The notes beneath the pieces were generated by a model. That model made no database searches. It was not told where the DNA came from and was given only the letters and a program-made list of their open reading frames with translations. Of a DNA stretch of 64,000 nucleotides, positions 59,433 through 64,000 are shown one piece after another. The translations under genes were made by a program, and so were the position numbers. Origin of the DNA: Alphaproteobacteria bacterium (GTDB lineage Bacteria; Pseudomonadota; Alphaproteobacteria; Bin95). The DNA lies in contig CBDBGH010000003.1 in NCBI GenBank assembly GCA_965205265.1, positions 1,312,001 through 1,376,000 of the forward strand, read 5' to 3'. Positions within the stretch are counted from its first letter, which is position 1. Each line of letters starts with the position of its first letter.

Positions 59433-60224
59433 GTGATTCTGCCTGTCATCCCGTTCCCCGTCATCGATCCGGTGGCGATCGATCTCGGGCCGCTGGGCAT
59501 ACGCTGGTATGCGCTCGCCTATCTCGCGGGCCTCGTCGTCGGCTGGCGGCTGGCGCGCCGCCTCGCCGTGCTGCCGCCCTACCTCATGCGCGCCGAACGG
59601 GTGGACGACCTGCTCGCCTGGATGGTGCTGGGCGTCGTCGCCGGGGGGCGGCTCGGCTATGTGCTGTTCTACAAGCCGGGCTACTACCTCGCGAACCCGG
59701 AGGAGGTGCTGTTCCTCTGGCAGGGCGGCATGTCGTTCCATGGCGGGCTCGCCGGGGTCGTGCTGGCGGTCTTTCTGTTCGCGCGCCGCCGCGGGCTCCC
59801 CTTCCTGCGCGTGGGCGACATCGTGGCAGCGGTCGCCCCGGTCGGGCTGCTTCTCGGCCGGCTTGCCAATTTTGTGAACGGGGAACTTTACGGCCGGGCG
59901 ACGGACGTTTCCTGGGCGATGGTATTCCCCTCGGACCCGGCCGGCCTGCCGCGCCATCCGAGCCAGCTTTACGAAGCGGCGCTGGAGGGCCTGGCGCTGG
60001 GCATCGTCATGCTGGCGCTGGCCTCCAGGGAGCGGGTGCGGGCGCGGCCCGGCCTGCTGGCGGGCGTCTTCTTTCTCGGCTACGGGCTGGCGCGCTGCTT
60101 CGCCGAACTGTTCCGGGAGCCGGACGCGCATCTGGGGTTCGTCCTGGGGCCCGTCACGATGGGGCAGCTTCTTTCCCTGCCGCTCATCGCCATCGGCCTG
60201 GCGCTCGCGGTCCGCCGCCCGTGA
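59433..60224 (+). CDS. lgt: Prolipoprotein diacylglyceryl transferase
   Basis: IRWYALAY, GGRLGY, GGMSFHGG, GRLANFVNGELYGR, RHPSQLYE. Confidence 0.96.
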   Translation: MILPVIPFPVIDPVAIDLGPLGIRWYALAYLAGLVVGWRLARRLAVLPPYLMRAERVDDLLAWMVLGVVAGGRLGYVLFYKPGYYLANPEEVLFLWQGGMSFHGGLAGVVLAVFLFARRRGLPFLRVGDIVAAVAPVGLLLGRLANFVNGELYGRATDVSWAMVFPSDPAGLPRHPSQLYEAALEGLALGIVMLALASRERVRARPGLLAGVFFLGYGLARCFAELFREPDAHLGFVLGPVTMGQLLSLPLIAIGLALAVRRP

Positions 60225-61228
60225 CCGGCGGCCTGGCGGCAAGGCCGGTCCGGCGCATCGAGCGCGACGGGCCGATTTCGCTTGCGGAATTCATGGCGCT
60301 CAACAATGCCGCTTACTATGCCGGCCGCGACCCCTTCGGCCGGGGCGGGGACTTCATTACCGCGCCCGAGGTCAGCCAGATGTTCGGCGAGATCGTGGGG
60401 CTCTGGTGCGTGGATGCATGGGAGCGGTTGGGTCGGCCTGCGGATGTCCGGTTGATCGAGCTCGGGCCGGGGCGCGGGGTGCTGATGGCTGACGCCCTGC
60501 GCGCCGCCCGGCTGGAGCCGGCGTTCCGTCCCGAAGTGCATCTCGTGGAAACCTCGCCCGTGCTTCGCTCCCTCCAGCGCGCGCAAGGCTTCGGCGCCGT
60601 GTGGCACGACAGCCCGGACACGATACCGAACGGCCCCTCCATCTGGATCGCGAACGAGTTCTTCGACGCGCTGCCGATCCGCCAGTTCGTGCGGATCGGC
60701 GGAAACTGGCACGAGCGCTTGGTGGACTTCGAAGGGGACGGTTTCCGTTTCGTTGCAGGCCCCGCGCTCCGCCATGCCGGCGCGGGCGAAGACGGTGATA
60801 TTTCCGAGGTCTGTCCGGCGGCGGGCGGCATCGCGGCGGCTCTGGCGGCGCGTCCGGGCTACGGCCTCGCCATCGACTACGGCTATGTCGAGCCGCCCGG
60901 AAGGCCGACCGTGCAAGCGGTGAGTGGGCATGAGCCTGTCGATCCGTTGTCGCGGCCCGGCGAAGCGGATATGAGCGCGCATGTGGATTTCGCAGCGCTG
61001 ATGCGGGCAGGCCGCGAGGCCGGCGCGGCGGTCTGGGGGCCGGTGCTGCAGGGCGATTGGCTCCGCCGCCTCGGTATCGAGGCCCGCGCCGCCCGGCTCG
61101 GCGGCCAGAAGGAAGCGCTGGCGCGGCTGACCGGCGAGGATGCGATGGGCCGGCTGTTCCGGGTGCTGGCCTTCGGTCCGGCCGATGCACCCGCGCCCGC
61201 AGGGTTCCTGGAGGGAGAAGGGAGATGA
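60221..61228 (+). CDS. MidA/NDUFAF7-type SAM-dependent methyltransferase
   Basis: GDFITAPEVSQMFGE, ELGPGRG, ANEFFDALP, DYG, DMSAHVDF. Confidence 0.9.
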   Translation: MTGGLAARPVRRIERDGPISLAEFMALNNAAYYAGRDPFGRGGDFITAPEVSQMFGEIVGLWCVDAWERLGRPADVRLIELGPGRGVLMADALRAARLEPAFRPEVHLVETSPVLRSLQRAQGFGAVWHDSPDTIPNGPSIWIANEFFDALPIRQFVRIGGNWHERLVDFEGDGFRFVAGPALRHAGAGEDGDISEVCPAAGGIAAALAARPGYGLAIDYGYVEPPGRPTVQAVSGHEPVDPLSRPGEADMSAHVDFAALMRAGREAGAAVWGPVLQGDWLRRLGIEARAARLGGQKEALARLTGEDAMGRLFRVLAFGPADAPAPAGFLEGEGR

Positions 61229-61977
61229 TGGAAGGGGACGCGCTATCGGGCCTTGCAGGCGTTGCGCATGCCTTCCTGGAGCGGGAAGGCGGCGTCAGCA
61301 CCGGCCTCTATGCCGGCCTCAATTGCGGCTTCGGCTTCGGCGACGACCGGGATGCGGTAAGCGAAAACCGCCGCCGCGCGCTGGCCGCAGTCGGCGCGGA
61401 CCGTCTGGCGACGCTCTACCAGGTCCACAGCGCCGAGGCCGCGATCCTGACGGAGCCGCCGAAGGGCCTGAGGGCCGACGGCATGGCGACCGACCGTCCG
61501 GGCCTGGCGCTCGGCATATTGACGGCGGATTGCGCGCCCGTGCTGCTTGCGGACGAGCGGGCGGGCGTCGTCGGCGCGGCCCATTGCGGCTGGCGCGGCG
61601 CGCTTGCCGGCATCGCCGAAGCTGTGCTGGAGCGCATGGAGGAACTGGGCGCGCGGGCGGGGCGGACGGTAGCGGCCGTCGGCCCCTGCATCGGGCAGGC
61701 GTCTTACGAAGTCGGCCCCGAGTTCCGCAAGGCGTTCGAGGCGGCCGATCCCGGCAACGGCCGCTGGTTCGTTGCTGCCGGGCGGCCCGGCCATTTCCGT
61801 TTCGACCTTTCCGGTTACGTCGCGGCGCGGTTGGAGCGCGTGGGCCTTGCGGCCGTCTCGTACGCCGGTGCGGATACCTGCGCCGAGGAGGAACGCTTCT
61901 TCAGCTACCGCCGCGCCTGCCTGCGGGGCGAAGCGGACTACGGCCGCCAATTGTCCCTGATCGCGCTGCGGCGCTGA
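61225..61977 (+). CDS. pgeF: PgeF/YfiH purine nucleoside phosphorylase-like protein
   Basis: GGVS, QVHS, TADCAPVL, AAHCGWRG, GPCI, FFSYRR. Confidence 0.92.
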   Translation: MMEGDALSGLAGVAHAFLEREGGVSTGLYAGLNCGFGFGDDRDAVSENRRRALAAVGADRLATLYQVHSAEAAILTEPPKGLRADGMATDRPGLALGILTADCAPVLLADERAGVVGAAHCGWRGALAGIAEAVLERMEELGARAGRTVAAVGPCIGQASYEVGPEFRKAFEAADPGNGRWFVAAGRPGHFRFDLSGYVAARLERVGLAAVSYAGADTCAEEERFFSYRRACLRGEADYGRQLSLIALRR

Positions 61978-61980
61978 CCG

Positions 61981-64000
61981 CTAACCCGCCAGCCGTTCGG
62001 CCCGGCCGAGAGAGGCCGCCAGATACCGCGCCGTGTGGCTGTCCGGCGCGTCTGCCACTTCTTCCGGCGTGCCGGCGGCGACGATGCGCCCGCCCCCGGC
62101 GCCGCCCTCGGGGCCCAGATCGACGATCCAGTCCGCCGTTTTGATGACTTCGAGATTGTGTTCGATGACGATCACCGTATTGCCGGCATCGACCAGCGCA
62201 TGCAGCACCTCCAGCAGCTTGCGCACATCCTCGAAATGCAGGCCCGTGGTCGGCTCGTCCAGAATGTAGAGCGTCCGCCCGGTCGAGCGCCGGGACAGCT
62301 CCTTGGCGAGCTTGACGCGCTGCGCCTCGCCGCCGGAAAGCGTCGTCGCCTGCTGGCCGATCTTGATATAGCCGAGGCCGACCCGGCGCAGCGTCTCCAG
62401 CTTGTTGTAGACCGCCGGCACCGCCCGGAAGAGCTCGACGCCTTCCTCGACCGTCAGGTCCAGCACGTCGGCGATGGACCGGCCGCGGAAGCGCACTTCC
62501 AGCGTCTCGCGGTTGTAGCGCCGGCCCCGGCATGTCTCGCACTCCACATAGACATCGGGCAGGAAGTGCATCTCGATCTTGATGACGCCGTCGCCCTGGC
62601 AGGTCTCGCAGCGCCCGCCCTTCACGTTGAAGGAGAAGCGCCCCGGCTTGTAGCCGCGCGCCTTCGCTTCCGGCAGGCCGGTGAACCAGTCGCGTATCGG
62701 CGTGAACGCGCCGGTATAGGTGGCCGGGTTCGAGCGCGGCGTGCGCCCGATGGGCGACTGGTCGATGTCGATCACCTTGTCGATGAGGTCGGCGCCCTCG
62801 ATCCGCTCATGCGGGGCGGCCGCGCCGCGCGCGCCGTGGATTGCCCGCGCCAGCGCCTTGTAGAGCGTTTCCACGACCAGGGTGGACTTGCCGCCGCCCG
62901 AAACGCCGGTGACGCAGGCGAACACGCCGAGCGGGAAGGCGGCGTCGATATGCCGGAGGTTGTGGCCGCTCGCGCCCTGGACGACCAGCCGGTGCCCGTT
63001 GCCCGGCCGCCGCCGCTCCGGAATCGCGATCTGCCTGCGGCCGGTGAGGTATTGCGCCGTCAGCCCCTCTCCGCGCCCGACCACTTCCTCCGGCAGGCCC
63101 TCGGCCACGACACGGCCGCCATGCACGCCGGCGCCGGGGCCCATATCCACCAGGTAGTCGGCGCTGCGGATCGCCTCCTCGTCATGCTCGACGACGATGA
63201 CCGTGTTGTCGAGGTCGCGCAGGCGCCTCAGGGTCGCCAGCAGGCGGGCATTGTCGCGCTGGTGGAGGCCGATCGAGGGCTCGTCCAGCACATAGAGCAC
63301 GCCGGTCAGGCCCGAGCCGATCTGCGAGGCGAGCCTTATGCGCTGGCTCTCCCCGCCCGAGAGCGTGCCGGAGGACCGGTCCAGCGTCAGGTATTCGAGC
63401 CCGACATCGTTCAGGAAGCCCAGCCGGTCGTTGATTTCGCGGAGAATGCGGGCGCCGATTTCGCGCTGCTTGGGCGTCAGCGCCTTTTCCAGCCCGGCGA
63501 ACCAACGCCCGGCACTGCCGATGGAGAGCGCGGCGACATCGGAAATGTCGCGCCCGTCGATCCTGACGGCGAGCGCTTCGGGCCGCAGCCGCTTGCCGGC
63601 GCAGGTCTCGCAGGGCCGGGATGCGAGATATTTCGACAGCTCCTCGCGGACCCAGGCGCTGTCCGTCTCCCTCAGGCGGCGCTCCAGATTGTTGACGACC
63701 CCCTCGAACGGCTTGGTGACGCGGTAGTTCCGGATGCCGTCATTGTAGGCCATGGTCACCGGCTCGTTGCCGGAGCCGTAGAGCACCGCGCGGCGGACCT
63801 CTTCCGGCAGGTCGCGCCAGGGCGTGTTGACATCCACCTCGTAGTGGCGCGCGAGGCTCCTGAGCGTCTGCTGGTAGTATTTCGCGGTGGTGTTCTTCCA
63901 GGGCGCGACGGCGCCCCGGCGCATGCTCAGCCCCTCGTCCGGCACCACGAGCGCCGCATCGACATGGCGCCGGCTGCCGAGGCCGTCGCAGGCCGGGCAG
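61981..64000 (-). CDS. uvrA: Excinuclease ABC subunit A (5' part off-window)
   Basis: [36 protein letters not shown], Zn finger, [12 protein letters not shown]. Confidence 0.97.
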   Translation of the reverse strand, partial: CPACDGLGSRRHVDAALVVPDEGLSMRRGAVAPWKNTTAKYYQQTLRSLARHYEVDVNTPWRDLPEEVRRAVLYGSGNEPVTMAYNDGIRNYRVTKPFEGVVNNLERRLRETDSAWVREELSKYLASRPCETCAGKRLRPEALAVRIDGRDISDVAALSIGSAGRWFAGLEKALTPKQREIGARILREINDRLGFLNDVGLEYLTLDRSSGTLSGGESQRIRLASQIGSGLTGVLYVLDEPSIGLHQRDNARLLATLRRLRDLDNTVIVVEHDEEAIRSADYLVDMGPGAGVHGGRVVAEGLPEEVVGRGEGLTAQYLTGRRQIAIPERRRPGNGHRLVVQGASGHNLRHIDAAFPLGVFACVTGVSGGGKSTLVVETLYKALARAIHGARGAAAPHERIEGADLIDKVIDIDQSPIGRTPRSNPATYTGAFTPIRDWFTGLPEAKARGYKPGRFSFNVKGGRCETCQGDGVIKIEMHFLPDVYVECETCRGRRYNRETLEVRFRGRSIADVLDLTVEEGVELFRAVPAVYNKLETLRRVGLGYIKIGQQATTLSGGEAQRVKLAKELSRRSTGRTLYILDEPTTGLHFEDVRKLLEVLHALVDAGNTVIVIEHNLEVIKTADWIVDLGPEGGAGGGRIVAAGTPEEVADAPDSHTARYLAASLGRAERLAG

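Noticed and set aside
58041-60242. 733-aa ORF as a single fusion; also the extended 9347-11572, 35907-37583 and 59384-61228 ORFs
   Set aside because: The N-terminal extensions overlap other real genes; true starts lie downstream

Overview
GC-rich alphaproteobacterial chromosome segment (ubiK/lgt-midA-pgeF, uvrA, uvrC) with many catabolic, CoA-metabolism and ABC-transport genes. The ORF track misses two selenoprotein genes with in-frame UGA codons and bacterial SECIS-like hairpins: GC-U-GSC at 31914 (+) and AD-U-GSCTSC at 54673 (-). They sit with three copies of an uncharacterised 'W[ST]DGLP' partner domain, a thioredoxin domain, a thioredoxin reductase and selA-selB, which suggests an uncharacterised selenium- and thioredoxin-dependent reductase system distantly resembling GrdB/PrdB. 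An IS1634-family element is flanked by a 567-bp direct repeat that duplicates part of an earlier IS630 insertion and the end of a sugar-binding-protein gene, leaving both intact. CGTC-type REP/MITE composites are nested and show target duplications. There are four toxin-antitoxin loci, one with an unusual antitoxin fusion, an orphan Dam-type methylase, two probable non-canonical start codons (CTG, ATC) and a His-rich porin/SBP/permease Zn-uptake locus with no ATPase. All calls come from reading motifs by eye; no database searches were run.
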